From a virus: 64,000 nt of DNA. The position numbers and the translations under genes were made by a program. Below the pieces are notes generated by a model. The model was not told where the DNA came from. It was given only the letters and a program-made list of their open reading frames with translations, and ran no database searches. How positions within the stretch are numbered: position 1 is the stretch's first letter; each line of letters starts with the position of its first letter. The stretch spans positions 2,208 to 66,207 of IMG/VR virus record IMGVR_UViG_3300035006_000011, one strand, 5' to 3'. Shown here piece after piece: positions 1-9,698 of the stretch.

Positions 1-1418
1 GTTTAGAAAAATTACCCCTAGTAGCCAATGAATTAGAAAAAAAACGGCTTCCTTGCCCTCAGCTAGGGAAACAAGCCGAATTTTTACAGAGTAACGCTGA
101 TATTGTTCTCTACGGCGGATCGGCTGGGGGTGGAAAAACTGTCGGACTTTTATTGGACTTTGCTCGTGAGGAATTAATATCAAACCCTAACTATGGGGGA
201 ATAATCTTTAGGCGAACTTCCCCCCAAATCCGCAACGAAGGAGGCTTACTTGATGCATCGTCACGTCTTTATCCCACGGTTGACGCGAAATTAAATCAAA
301 CTTTTTTAGAATGGAAATTTTCTACGGGTGCGACGGTTCGATTCGCTCATTTACAACACGAAAAAAACGTTTTTGATTGGCAGGGGACGGAATTGGCGCG
401 TTGTGGATTTGATGAATTAACCCACTTTACCAAGAAACAATTTATTTACATCATGTCGCGTTGCCGTTCGACTATTGGAATTAAGCCGTTAGTGCGAGCA
501 ACTTGTAACCCTGATGCCGAAAGCTGGGTTGCTGAATTAGTTGAATGGTATATAGATGAAGCTGGCTACCCCATTCCTGAGCGTTCGGGCGTAGTGCGTT
601 GGTTTGTGGTGTATGAAGATAATTTTGTATGGGCTGACGCTGAGGAAGAATTACGCGATCGCTTCCCTGATATCAATCCCAAAAGCTTTACTTTCATTCC
701 TTCCAAGTTGACCGACAACCCGATCTTGATGGAGAGCGATCCGGGTTATTTGGCAAACTTGCAAATGCAACACAGCATTGACCGCGCTCGGCTCCTAGAT
801 GGTAACTGGCGCATTAGACCGCAAGCCGGGAAGGTCTTTAATTCTGCTTGGTTCCAAATTATTCCCGCACCATCAAGATATGTTGCTCTTGTGCGCTTCT
901 GGGATATGGCTGCTACGGCAAAAGAAGTTAACGAGGACAGCTTTTACACTGCTGGAATATTGTTAGGAATTTGTGAGGATGACGGCTACGAGATAGTTGA
1001 TGCGATCGCGGAACAGCTTGATGTAACTGCATCGGACAAACTTATTATTGATACAGCCAAGCGCGATGGAAAAGCTGTGTATGTTGCATGGGAAGAAGAG
1101 GGGGGATCTGCGGGCAAGCGCGTGACAGCTTATTTAGAAGAGCAGTTGAAAGGCTTTAATGTTGAAGGGTTGAAACCTCAAGGAGATAAACTAACCCGCG
1201 CCAAGCCAGTCGCCAAGGACGCAGAACAGGGGCGCGTAAAATTAATCGATGGGAATTGGTGCGATCGCTTTAAGAACGCAATTCATATGTTTGACGGTAC
1301 GCCAAAACCATTGACGAACGATTACTGCGATGCTCTTTCAGGGGCTCATGCATTTCTTCGTGACCCCGAAAAATTAAGCGCTCGCCAATATGCCCGATTT
1401 TTGCGTGGGGAAATTTAA
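1..1418 (+). CDS. terL: Terminase large subunit (5' truncated by window edge)
   Basis: Frame is open from position 3 and contains Walker A YGGSAGGGKT upstream of the track's TTG; Walker B-like FDELTHF; C-terminal RNase H-like nuclease (FWDMAAT ... NDYCDALSGA). Confidence 0.95.
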   Translation, partial: LEKLPLVANELEKKRLPCPQLGKQAEFLQSNADIVLYGGSAGGGKTVGLLLDFAREELISNPNYGGIIFRRTSPQIRNEGGLLDASSRLYPTVDAKLNQTFLEWKFSTGATVRFAHLQHEKNVFDWQGTELARCGFDELTHFTKKQFIYIMSRCRSTIGIKPLVRATCNPDAESWVAELVEWYIDEAGYPIPERSGVVRWFVVYEDNFVWADAEEELRDRFPDINPKSFTFIPSKLTDNPILMESDPGYLANLQMQHSIDRARLLDGNWRIRPQAGKVFNSAWFQIIPAPSRYVALVRFWDMAATAKEVNEDSFYTAGILLGICEDDGYEIVDAIAEQLDVTASDKLIIDTAKRDGKAVYVAWEEEGGSAGKRVTAYLEEQLKGFNVEGLKPQGDKLTRAKPVAKDAEQGRVKLIDGNWCDRFKNAIHMFDGTPKPLTNDYCDALSGAHAFLRDPEKLSARQYARFLRGEI

Positions 1419-1422
1419 ATTG

Positions 1423-2034
1423 CTAGCTTAATCGGATAATTGTTAACGATGCAACCCAAACGACTGTTGCGCTATCGACATAGGTGAAAAAATTTAATAT
1501 GTCGTTTGCATTAAACGCGGCAATTCGAGTATTGACAATAATGTTGCGGTTATTTGTAGCCCCAGTTCTGATAACATCCCAAAAAAAGAAAGATCCGTCA
1601 GCAGTGGAAGTATGCACGCCTTGACCCCAGCCCATAACGCCAAGGTTGTCAGGAACACGTAATTTAGACAAGATTAGGTAATTACCTGTAGTAGCAATAG
1701 TATAAGTTTTGCTCGTTGAATTCCATTTTCCCAAGATGTCAGTAAGGATATTTGGCAATCCGATATTGTTGCCAAATACGCCAGCGCTCAAAGATTGATG
1801 CGTATCTCCATATTCTTTAGTACCTAAAAAGATTGGCGCAAGACTTGGTATATTTGCAGTGGTGGCTATCGTTCCGGTTGTATCTGGTAGTGTTAACGTC
1901 CTGTTGGCTGTAGGAGTCCAGACTAGATCCCCATTATTTGCATTTTTGAATCGCAGCGATCGCGCACCTGTTCCGCCAATTCCAATTTGAAACAGGTTGT
2001 TAATGGAGCCAATTAAATCTGAGAATTTTGACAT
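1423..2034 (-). CDS. Tail fibre/virion appendage-like protein
   Basis: RTLTLPDTTGTIAT fibre motif; C-terminal C1q/gp53-like beta domain (YTIATTGNYLI); N-terminus resembles next gene (SDLIGS vs KDLIGT). Confidence 0.6.
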   Translation of the reverse strand: MSKFSDLIGSINNLFQIGIGGTGARSLRFKNANNGDLVWTPTANRTLTLPDTTGTIATTANIPSLAPIFLGTKEYGDTHQSLSAGVFGNNIGLPNILTDILGKWNSTSKTYTIATTGNYLILSKLRVPDNLGVMGWGQGVHTSTADGSFFFWDVIRTGATNNRNIIVNTRIAAFNANDILNFFTYVDSATVVWVASLTIIRLS

Positions 2035-2702
2035 TACTGAGGATTGCAGTAAAAAACTTCAATTCTGGAACTTCCTGTGGTTGCACCCCCCGCTGCATAA
2101 GTAATTTGCAATACTTCTGTAGTCCCAATTGGCGCAAGTCCTGGATAAATTTCAAAAATTGTTGCCGCAGGTTGCTTTAAATCAATTTGATTTGAGGCGA
2201 CATATTTGCTTACACTTCCCGAAGTTCCAACGCTTAAAGTAGGCGTTCCAGTAAAAGTGGTGTCTATGGTAACTCTGATGCTGTTGACAACTGCGTTTGC
2301 AGGTAGCGTGAACATTGTTTTGGGTGAAGTATCCCCAAACGATAAAGTAGTAGTATCAACTCCTTCGCGGTCAGCGGTGCTACCTGCTGATACGTAAGTC
2401 CATGTTCCAGCCCCATCGGTTTGCACTACTTGCCCAGCACTTCCCGTAGTAGCGGGGAAAGTAACAGACAACGGTGCAGCCTGTGATACAGGACGACGAA
2501 GCGTGTAAGTATTTGCGGACTCGCTGTTTAGGACAATTGTGTCTCCCGAAACGTCTGGACGAAGAGTAGCGATCGCACTAAATGCAGTGTTTGCATTATC
2601 GCGGACTCTTAATCTTCCAGCATTGGTGTCAATAGTATTGCCAGTCAAGCCAATTTTAAAACTGGTCAACACTGTTCCGATTAAATCTTTCCAAATACTC
2701 AT
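2034..2702 (-). CDS. Putative virion structural protein
   Basis: Thr/Gly-rich beta-type sequence, translationally coupled in the 3589->1423 operon. Confidence 0.55.
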   Translation of the reverse strand: MSIWKDLIGTVLTSFKIGLTGNTIDTNAGRLRVRDNANTAFSAIATLRPDVSGDTIVLNSESANTYTLRRPVSQAAPLSVTFPATTGSAGQVVQTDGAGTWTYVSAGSTADREGVDTTTLSFGDTSPKTMFTLPANAVVNSIRVTIDTTFTGTPTLSVGTSGSVSKYVASNQIDLKQPAATIFEIYPGLAPIGTTEVLQITYAAGGATTGSSRIEVFYCNPQ

Positions 2703-3146
2703 CTAAACCTCCAAAATTACAAAACCGTTGCCTTGTGTGCAGCCTTCACCAAGCGCGATTACAAGTTTTATTTGTGTTGACGAAAGGTATTGAACCAGTG
2801 GCGAAGTTTCATATTCTGCGATCGCCATTGGGTTGTTCACGTATTTATTAATTAGGCGATCGCTATTTAAGTCGTCTCCAAGTGATAACAGCGATGGGAC
2901 GTTAAACGGGACAAGAATAATTATGGATGCCCGTTTGATTAACCCGACAGCAGCAGCGATGATTTTTGGTGTCGCATCTCCATAAGAAAAAGGAATTTTA
3001 ATTCTGCTAGCTTGAGACGTTCCACCAACACTGGCATTTGGGAATATTGCGATCGCTGTTTTTTGAGGAATAACTTGTACCACTGTCTGGCTTGAGTGAA
3101 CTGCAATTGCAGTATCCTTAGCAATGACAGTAACATTGGCGCTCAT
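2703..3146 (-). CDS. Hypothetical protein (likely structural)
   Basis: 147-aa ORF coupled to both neighbours. Confidence 0.55.
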   Translation of the reverse strand: MSANVTVIAKDTAIAVHSSQTVVQVIPQKTAIAIFPNASVGGTSQASRIKIPFSYGDATPKIIAAAVGLIKRASIIILVPFNVPSLLSLGDDLNSDRLINKYVNNPMAIAEYETSPLVQYLSSTQIKLVIALGEGCTQGNGFVILEV

Positions 3147-3589
3147 CGGGTTGCCTCCGGTGAAACCTCAACGTAGCCTTCGACAACGCGCATTACTTCA
3201 CCTGCTGGGGATTCGATCTCAATATCGTACACCCAAACATTTCGTCCTATTATTGCCTGTTCTTTATTGTTTGATCGTTTCGCCATTTTTGTCGCCAACC
3301 AGTCAAGTGATGTGGTTTGCTCATCTGAAAGTTGTGGTCTTAATATCGTTCCCGTTGCGGTTCCCCCGTTCGGAAGGGCGGCACTACCTTGAACAAGGGT
3401 TGGGAAAGTAAAAGATGCTTTGATTGTTCCTCCATTTTCGACGTAGCGATCGCGTATTTGCCCTCTTGGTTGCCATGTTGTAAAGTCACCATCCAACACC
3501 AGCGTTAGCCAATTGAAAGTAGCACCCTGCTCAATCGCGTATCGATTGGGGCCATTATCGGTATTGGTAAGATGAAAGATGGCAGCCAT
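3143..3589 (-). CDS. BppU-N-like Ig-fold virion protein
   Basis: AIEQGATF ... WVYDIEI ... RVVEGYVEVSPEATR pattern typical of this phage family. Confidence 0.6.
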   Translation of the reverse strand: MAAIFHLTNTDNGPNRYAIEQGATFNWLTLVLDGDFTTWQPRGQIRDRYVENGGTIKASFTFPTLVQGSAALPNGGTATGTILRPQLSDEQTTSLDWLATKMAKRSNNKEQAIIGRNVWVYDIEIESPAGEVMRVVEGYVEVSPEATR

Positions 3590-3604
3590 AAAACTATCAA
3601 TTAC

Positions 3605-3922
3605 ATGGATTTATCATACCCTTTAACTTATGCTGGTGGAAGTGTTGCACTGATTGACACACCCACGCTTTCGCAAACACGACACCTACTTGATACGATT
3701 GCAGGAGAACGCATTCTTTCCCCTAGTTTTGGCGTTCCTCTCGACATTCTGTACAGTACTGGCATACCCCAAGTGTTGGCGGAGAGGGTGAGGCTGACAG
3801 CTTCTCAAATGGTAGGTATAACGGCTATTGTCGAGGTAATAGCCTACAAAAATGGGGAACTCAGTTTAAAGTTGACACTAGCCACAGGAGAAACGGTACA
3901 AGCAAACTATGCCACAGGTTGA
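3605..3922 (+). CDS. gp25/GPW-like baseplate wedge protein
   Basis: TIAGERILSPSFGV motif; precedes baseplate J; start taken at MDLSYPL. Confidence 0.75.
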   Translation: MDLSYPLTYAGGSVALIDTPTLSQTRHLLDTIAGERILSPSFGVPLDILYSTGIPQVLAERVRLTASQMVGITAIVEVIAYKNGELSLKLTLATGETVQANYATG

Positions 3923-5006
3923 CACCACCACTGCACAACAATTACTTGACGCTTCAATTCAGAGGGCGATCGCTGTTTCCAATGGCAAACTGACCGACTT
4001 TTCCCCAGTTTCCCCAGTGACCGCAATCTTAGAAGCAGGGGCGATCGCTGGTAGTACAGTTATTACCAAAGTTAACGAATTAGCATCAACATTAGAAGCA
4101 AATTGTATTTCCTACTTTGGTGTTGAGCGACGGCTTGGTCGTGTTGCTGTTGGAACTATCAAAATTGATTTGGATGGAGTTTATGCGGAACCCTTTTTAT
4201 TACCATCGGGGTTTCGCTTTTCTAATTCGGGAATGACTTGGGAAACCACCCAAGAAGTTAGCATCCCTCCGTATCAAACTAGTGGAAATGCTTTTGCGAT
4301 CGCCCTCACTATTGGCGACTTTTCCGATAATGCAATTACTTATTCCCCCATTCCTCGCGTTGCTTCAATCACTTGGCTAGAAGAACCATCCGGAGGACAG
4401 GACGTAGAGACGGACGAAGAATGGAAAGCAAGAATACTAGGCAGTTTACGGCGGCGTGATACCCTCTTATCCGAGGATGACTTTGAAGACACAGTGCAAG
4501 AATATCTGGGAATTGGTTCGGTGGCGCTTGCCGTAGGTCGGTTGAAGCCTGATAAAGCAACTTACGGCAATGGTTATGTTGGGGTGTTTGGATTAAACCC
4601 AGATGGCACAATTATGAGCGAGGCACAGCGATCGCAACTCGAATCTTTTCTCAATCGCAAAGCCGCTATGGCGTTGGTTACTTTATGGAACGTTGATACC
4701 TTTGATATTAATGTTAGTGCGATCGCTGGTATCCTCCCAACCGCCAACCCTGACAACATTGCCCCACTCGTTCAGGCAAAAATTACCGAGTATCTCAAAC
4801 CCGGTAATTTGCCGTTGGGGGATTTGATTTTGAATAAGGCGATTGAGAAACGGATTCAAGATATCCCCGGTGTTGCTGAAGGCATTGTGTCCGTCAAGCT
4901 CAACGGACTAGCTCAACCTCAAACCTTACCCAATCGCTGGACTGTAGGGAAACTTGGTAAATTAGAATTGATTTTGGTCAACCAAGGACGGGAGTTTAAA
5001 TATTGA
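3909..5006 (+). CDS. Baseplate J-like protein
   Basis: GGQDVETDEEWKARI motif; 365 aa; follows gp25-like gene. Confidence 0.9.
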   Translation: MPQVDTTTAQQLLDASIQRAIAVSNGKLTDFSPVSPVTAILEAGAIAGSTVITKVNELASTLEANCISYFGVERRLGRVAVGTIKIDLDGVYAEPFLLPSGFRFSNSGMTWETTQEVSIPPYQTSGNAFAIALTIGDFSDNAITYSPIPRVASITWLEEPSGGQDVETDEEWKARILGSLRRRDTLLSEDDFEDTVQEYLGIGSVALAVGRLKPDKATYGNGYVGVFGLNPDGTIMSEAQRSQLESFLNRKAAMALVTLWNVDTFDINVSAIAGILPTANPDNIAPLVQAKITEYLKPGNLPLGDLILNKAIEKRIQDIPGVAEGIVSVKLNGLAQPQTLPNRWTVGKLGKLELILVNQGREFKY

Positions 5007-5007
5007 G

Positions 5008-5031
5008 GACGGATAGATTTGTTTATCCGTC
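5008..5031. terminator. GACGGATA-N8-TATCCGTC palindrome (copy 1)
   Basis: Directly abuts the baseplate J stop codon. Confidence 0.75.
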
Positions 5032-5146
5032 TTTGAGGCGATCACATTTTCGAGGTCTATGGGAATTCCCATAGACCTACAAAACAAGAAATATTCTGAT
5101 TGGAATAATTCGGGTCCAATGCACTAAAAAATATTTTGTGCAGTTA

Positions 5147-5175
5147 TTGACACAGCGTACAGACGGCGATACTAT
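5147..5175 (+). promoter_or_regulatory. sigma70-type promoter of KilA-N cassette 1
   Basis: TTGACA-17-TACTAT. Confidence 0.75.
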
Positions 5176-5249
5176 AAATATTAAGCGGTTGAGAAAAGTT
5201 TCTGAGGCTCAATCTCAACCGCACTCCAAGGTTAATTAGAGGTATTTTT

Positions 5250-6032
5250 ATGGTACGCCAAAAAGCGTCACAAGTCATCATGCACGAGATACATGGTGTG
5301 CAAATTGGGCAAAGAAAAATAGACGGTTACATTAATGCTACGGCAATGTGTCAAGCTGGCGGTAAAAAGCTAAATGATTATCTGCGGTTAAAATCCACAA
5401 AAGAGTATTTCCATGCACTTTCTGTGGATACGGGAATTCCCGTATCCGGTAGTAGCAAGGGTTCTGGACTTGTGATTTTAACTGGCGGTAGTTTTGACGA
5501 ACAAGATACTTGGGTTCATTTCGAGGTTGCGGTTGATTTGGGTAAATGGATATCGCCGCAATTTCGCATAGCTGTCAACCGTTGGGTTGTCCAGTGGATG
5601 GCAGGTTCTCAGGTAGAACAGCAGCAATCAAGCGCGATCGCCTTCCTCGTTTCATCTGTTACCCGCGAGTATCGACCTTGGGAGGTGCATTTTACCCCTG
5701 ACTGGATACGAGAAGCTGAACGGTTAACTGGATGGTCTTGGTCTTGGGGTTGCATGGGAGGATTTATTAATAAGTCAGTCTACAATGTGTTGCCAATTGA
5801 GATGCAAGCCAGACTAGATGAAGTCAACCCACCTATTAAAGGTAAGCGAGCAAGAAAGAAGTTTCAGCACGTTACTACCACTGTTGATGAGCAAGTTATC
5901 AAACAATTAATTGCTGAAACATTGGGGATGATGCGCGGTTCTTCTTCCGAGCAAAGCTATTGGCGATCGCACTGTAATGCATATGGTAATGGCGTGCAAT
6001 TGACTTTAGTCCTTGGGGGTTGTGATGAATAG
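5250..6032 (+). CDS. KilA-N + P63C-like DNA-binding protein
   Basis: DGYINATAMCQAGGKKLNDYLRLKST and GTW/HFEVAVDLGKW-type KilA-N motifs; C-terminal RPWEVHF...LDEVNP...KKFQH P63C-like. Confidence 0.85.
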   Translation: MVRQKASQVIMHEIHGVQIGQRKIDGYINATAMCQAGGKKLNDYLRLKSTKEYFHALSVDTGIPVSGSSKGSGLVILTGGSFDEQDTWVHFEVAVDLGKWISPQFRIAVNRWVVQWMAGSQVEQQQSSAIAFLVSSVTREYRPWEVHFTPDWIREAERLTGWSWSWGCMGGFINKSVYNVLPIEMQARLDEVNPPIKGKRARKKFQHVTTTVDEQVIKQLIAETLGMMRGSSSEQSYWRSHCNAYGNGVQLTLVLGGCDE

Positions 6033-6210
6033 ACCTAGAACCCAAGCGCATATTGATGCTGACAACCGATACAAACAAACAGTAAAGCGTGTGCAGTTAT
6101 CGTTTAAAGAGGATTCAGAATTACTTACCTACTTGCGATCGCAAGTAACAACCGACGCGGAAATACCAGCGCTAATCAAACAGATAATCGAAGCCCATAG
6201 GAAAGCATAA
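6025..6210 (+). CDS. Small RHH-like DNA-binding protein
   Basis: KRVQLSF beta strand plus two helices; overlaps upstream stop. Confidence 0.65.
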   Translation: MNRPRTQAHIDADNRYKQTVKRVQLSFKEDSELLTYLRSQVTTDAEIPALIKQIIEAHRKA

Positions 6211-6285
6211 TAAAAAGCGGGAGTACAAATCCCGCTTAACTAGTCAAAAGTAGAGAAAAATGAAAAAGTTAGTTGTTGCTACATT
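6134..6285. repeat. 152-bp perfect direct repeat, copy 1
   Basis: Identical to 7286-7437; begins at T-GCGATCGC (HIP1). Confidence 0.95.
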
Positions 6286-6321
6286 CGCAGTATACCAGCT
6301 TAAAAATATTTTGTGCAGCTA

Positions 6322-6350
6322 TTGACACAATGTGTTGATGACGATACTAT
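6322..6350 (+). promoter_or_regulatory. sigma70-type promoter of KilA-N cassette 2
   Basis: TTGACA-17-TACTAT, same layout as 5147-5175. Confidence 0.75.
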
Positions 6351-6425
6351 AAATTTAAGCGGCTAAGAGAAGTTTCTGACGCTCCCTCTTAGCCGCACCA
6401 CAAAGTCTATTAAGGAATTTGCTTA

Positions 6426-7169
6426 ATGAATATAATACCAAGAAATTGGAATGGCCGCACGATCCGCCAACGCGAGGATGGATATTGGTCTGCTACCGAT
6501 ATGTGTCAGGCTTGCGGAAAGCTTTGGGGTGATTGGAGTAGATTAAGTTCTACAAAAGAATATTTGAAAGTCTTGCAAAACAAGCATTATGCTGATTCCC
6601 ATAATGGTCAACTAATTGATTCTAGTGTTGGTGGCACTCCAGAAACAACAGGTACTTGGGTTTATCGTAAAGTAGCTTTACGTCTTGCTCAGTGGTTGTC
6701 TCCTGAGTTTGCAGTGCAAGTTGACGAATGGGTGGAAGAACTACTGACCACAGGGAAGGTTGAGTTAACCCCGCCAAAAACCCAAGCGGAGATGCTTTTG
6801 ATCTACGCACAGCAATTAGTCGATCTGGAGCGTAGTCAAAAGGCGCTAGAGCAAGAGCAGGAACGGTTAAATCAAAACCAAAAGCAATTGAATCAAAAGC
6901 AGTCGGAACTGACCGACCGCGTAGAACAAGTCGAACACGAGCAAGACAGATTTAACGCACCATGTGGGCACAAATACACGGTTCTTGGTTACTCGAAAAA
7001 GTTGGGGTTGGAAATATCGCTAAAAGAGTCGAGCAATAAAGGGAAGAAAGCAGCTTGTTTGTGTCGCCAAATGGGGATTGAAATTGAACAAGTTGATGAC
7101 CCGCGTTTTGGGATGGTTGGGTTGTACCCTCAGTCAATACTTGCTCAAGTTTTTGGCGAGGGGCTGTAA
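6426..7169 (+). CDS. KilA-N protein with coiled coil and antirepressor-type C-terminus
   Basis: IRQREDGYWSATDMCQACGK...GTWVYRKVALRLAQWLSPEFAVQV; C-terminal DPRFGMVGLYP. Confidence 0.85.
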   Translation: MNIIPRNWNGRTIRQREDGYWSATDMCQACGKLWGDWSRLSSTKEYLKVLQNKHYADSHNGQLIDSSVGGTPETTGTWVYRKVALRLAQWLSPEFAVQVDEWVEELLTTGKVELTPPKTQAEMLLIYAQQLVDLERSQKALEQEQERLNQNQKQLNQKQSELTDRVEQVEHEQDRFNAPCGHKYTVLGYSKKLGLEISLKESSNKGKKAACLCRQMGIEIEQVDDPRFGMVGLYPQSILAQVFGEGL

Positions 7170-7170
7170 G

Positions 7171-7362
7171 ATGCCTGCTAAAAGAAAACGCACTCAAGCC
7201 AACATCGATGGCAATCGCCGATACCAACAAACGGTTAAGCGGGTAATAGTGACATTTAAACGAGATTCGGAATTGCTTGATTGGCTGCGATCGCAAGTAA
7301 CAACCGACGCGGAAATACCAGCGCTAATCAAACAGATAATCGAAGCCCATAGGAAAGCATAA
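7171..7362 (+). CDS. Small RHH-like protein, paralogue of 6025..6210
   Basis: Identical C-terminal LRSQVTTDAEIPALIKQIIEAHRKA. Confidence 0.65.
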   Translation: MPAKRKRTQANIDGNRRYQQTVKRVIVTFKRDSELLDWLRSQVTTDAEIPALIKQIIEAHRKA

Positions 7363-7437
7363 TAAAAAGCGGGAGTACAAATCCCGCTTAACTAGTCAAA
7401 AGTAGAGAAAAATGAAAAAGTTAGTTGTTGCTACATT
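7286..7437. repeat. 152-bp perfect direct repeat, copy 2
   Basis: Identical to 6134-6285; includes terminator AAGCGGGA...TCCCGCTT and start of the 7412 gene. Confidence 0.95.
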
Positions 7438-7738
7438 AACGTTAGTGATGCCCTTAGCGGTAAACGTAAAAAATGCTTTTGCATCACCAAAATGGGTCAG
7501 AATTGGAGTTGATAGTAGCGGTCAGGTCATAATGCTGGATGTTAACAGTATCCAGAATAAGCCTCATGCTAGCAGGTATACAAAGTGGTTTATTTATAAA
7601 ATAAGTAATCGTGTAAACAGTGCTTATACAAAAGATTGCGCTGGTGGCGATGGTAAGCTGTCCTGGTATGTCAAGGATAAGCAAATTTGGGCAACAAGTA
7701 AAACTGGGGTAAAACTAGTTGAAACTGTTTGTAAGTAG
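7412..7738 (+). CDS. Secreted/periplasmic protein
   Basis: Signal peptide MKKLVVATLTLVMPLAVNVKNAFA|SPKW; two Cys. Confidence 0.7.
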   Translation: MKKLVVATLTLVMPLAVNVKNAFASPKWVRIGVDSSGQVIMLDVNSIQNKPHASRYTKWFIYKISNRVNSAYTKDCAGGDGKLSWYVKDKQIWATSKTGVKLVETVCK

Positions 7739-8614
7739 CTAAGGAACCAACCACGCCACGACCGAACTCCCCTCTCGTACTCTAGCATTAACACCCCTTG
7801 TTAAATAAACTCTCATGTCAGCCTGTCCCCCCACTGCTAAGGGGACAGGCTCATTATTTTGGACAGATGCGGACAAATCCCCATACGCGCTATCTCCCTG
7901 ATTGAGAAGTATCTCAGTCGAGCCAACATACAACGACAGCTTGACTGCCAAAGGTTGGTTAGGTGTAGTCGTGTCAACCCGAATACGTGAAGCGAATACG
8001 TAATTACCCGCAGCTGGCGCTGTAAACAGTCCATTGGTTGCAAAACCGCTACCCGTCAAACTTTCTAGGGGTATGCGGTAGTAAGTGTCTGTAGACGCGA
8101 TCGCAAAGGTCGAGGTTTTCCGTCCTAAAGCCTGAATTTTCCACGCTCGACTATTGGCATAGTCAACTGTTGCGTAGTTCGATAAGTCGGGGTCAACAGG
8201 ACGAACAGCAAACAATGGGTAATTCTGTAATTGGGTAACTGCACCCCCGCTTGCCTCAACTCTAGCAATCTCAAATCCTAAAGCGGGACGAGTTGTGGAA
8301 ATGGCGATCGCGCCAGTGGCGTTAACAAACACAAACGAAACAGCGTTATTTGGTGCGGTAATGTTACCCGGTGCAACAGATGCGATTAGTCCCGATGGTA
8401 ATTTTACCGCACCTCCTGTATAGCTAAGGTTTAATGCGCTGACGACACTGACCCGAAAAGCTTGCGCGGTTTCAGACCGTAATTGGTTAATAGTTTGATT
8501 GGCTACTGCAAGTTGCGAGTCTAAATCGAGAAGTTTGGCACGGACGGCGTTAATCCATTGAAAGCCAAGGCGATCGCTGTTAGCTGCTGTCTGAGAAAGA
8601 TCGACAATATCCAT
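7739..8614 (-). CDS. Tail fibre-like protein with C1q-like C-terminus
   Basis: YATVDYAN repeat motif; GLFTAPAAGNYVF C1q-like motif. Confidence 0.65.
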   Translation of the reverse strand: MDIVDLSQTAANSDRLGFQWINAVRAKLLDLDSQLAVANQTINQLRSETAQAFRVSVVSALNLSYTGGAVKLPSGLIASVAPGNITAPNNAVSFVFVNATGAIAISTTRPALGFEIARVEASGGAVTQLQNYPLFAVRPVDPDLSNYATVDYANSRAWKIQALGRKTSTFAIASTDTYYRIPLESLTGSGFATNGLFTAPAAGNYVFASRIRVDTTTPNQPLAVKLSLYVGSTEILLNQGDSAYGDLSASVQNNEPVPLAVGGQADMRVYLTRGVNARVREGSSVVAWLVP

Positions 8615-8750
8615 GTTTGTAACGAAATATTACATAAGGCTGCAATAGGTTGCAAGTGGCTTAATAATGCAGTATATTAAAAACATAGAGAGCGCCAACC
8701 GGGAAAAGCAACGCTCTCTATGTTTTTTGTAAACTTTCTAAGGATCTACA

Positions 8751-9548
8751 ATGTTAAGTTTAATTGAAGTCGAAAACCAAATCAAGAGCGAAATTACAGT
8801 TAATGCCGATGGTACGGGGAAAGCTACGGTTAGAGGAACTGCAAAGATTGTAGGGGTATCCCAATCTGCAATATCTCAGTCATTGTCAAGTGATAAGCTG
8901 GGAGTATCGGGATTGTCTGTATATCTTGTCGCTAAAGGGTTTGAGATTGATAAGCTATCTTTGTTCTTGGCAAGCGGAATTCCAGATTTAGCGGTTGCCG
9001 CGATCGCATCCTACTACGCAATGCACGCTGGCAGATATTGTACCGAGATTGCAAAGATGGCTTGCGAAGTGTTTCAAGCGATCGGAGTCAGGACTTGGAT
9101 GCAAAAGATTGTAGGTTGGGAAGTAGCGGCTATTACAACACCAAACATCGAAGCTGACGCGGTAATGTTGTTGGAAGGGATGACGGTTTTAGCCAAAGGC
9201 ATTAAAAAAGCAACTTCGGATATTCGTAACGACATTGCATCAAGCAATGTAATCGTTGTTAGTGAGGTTCGTGAAGTCGCTACCAATTCCGAAGAGAGAA
9301 TCAGTGCAAAAGTTGATGCGGTGCAAGCCGAACTACTTAATATTCGTCAACTAGTCGAAAAACCAACAATCGTTGAACAAGTAAAAGCCCCACGTCGCAA
9401 GTCGCAAGACCAAAACATTAATATCCACGTTCCAAACGAGTCCCGGTACTTAGAATTAATTGCAATTGCCGAAAGTTCTGGAATGTCGCGCTCTCAATTC
9501 TTTTACGAAATCATCGAAAAAGCAATGGAGGTCTGTGTCAATGGCTAG
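8751..9548 (+). CDS. Antirepressor-like protein: N-terminal HTH, C-terminal RHH-like module
   Basis: TVRGTAKIVGVSQSAIS HTH; C-terminal SGMSRSQFFYEII; TTGCAA-17-TATATT promoter and leader hairpin upstream. Confidence 0.7.
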   Translation: MLSLIEVENQIKSEITVNADGTGKATVRGTAKIVGVSQSAISQSLSSDKLGVSGLSVYLVAKGFEIDKLSLFLASGIPDLAVAAIASYYAMHAGRYCTEIAKMACEVFQAIGVRTWMQKIVGWEVAAITTPNIEADAVMLLEGMTVLAKGIKKATSDIRNDIASSNVIVVSEVREVATNSEERISAKVDAVQAELLNIRQLVEKPTIVEQVKAPRRKSQDQNINIHVPNESRYLELIAIAESSGMSRSQFFYEIIEKAMEVCVNG

Positions 9549-9693
9549 GACAGCGAGATTCAGCGTAGACTTGACTGAGTTTGAAGAAGACATTAACCAA
9601 ATTGCAGAAGACGAAGGACGTACTAAGGCAAATACGATTCAGAGGCTAATCAAGGAAGCGATCGCAGCACGTAAAGAAAAGGCGAACAAATAA
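9541..9693 (+). CDS. Small RHH (CopG-like) protein
   Basis: RFSVDL...IAEDEGRTKANTIQRLIKEAI. Confidence 0.75.
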   Translation: MARTARFSVDLTEFEEDINQIAEDEGRTKANTIQRLIKEAIAARKEKANK

Positions 9694-9698
9694 AACGA

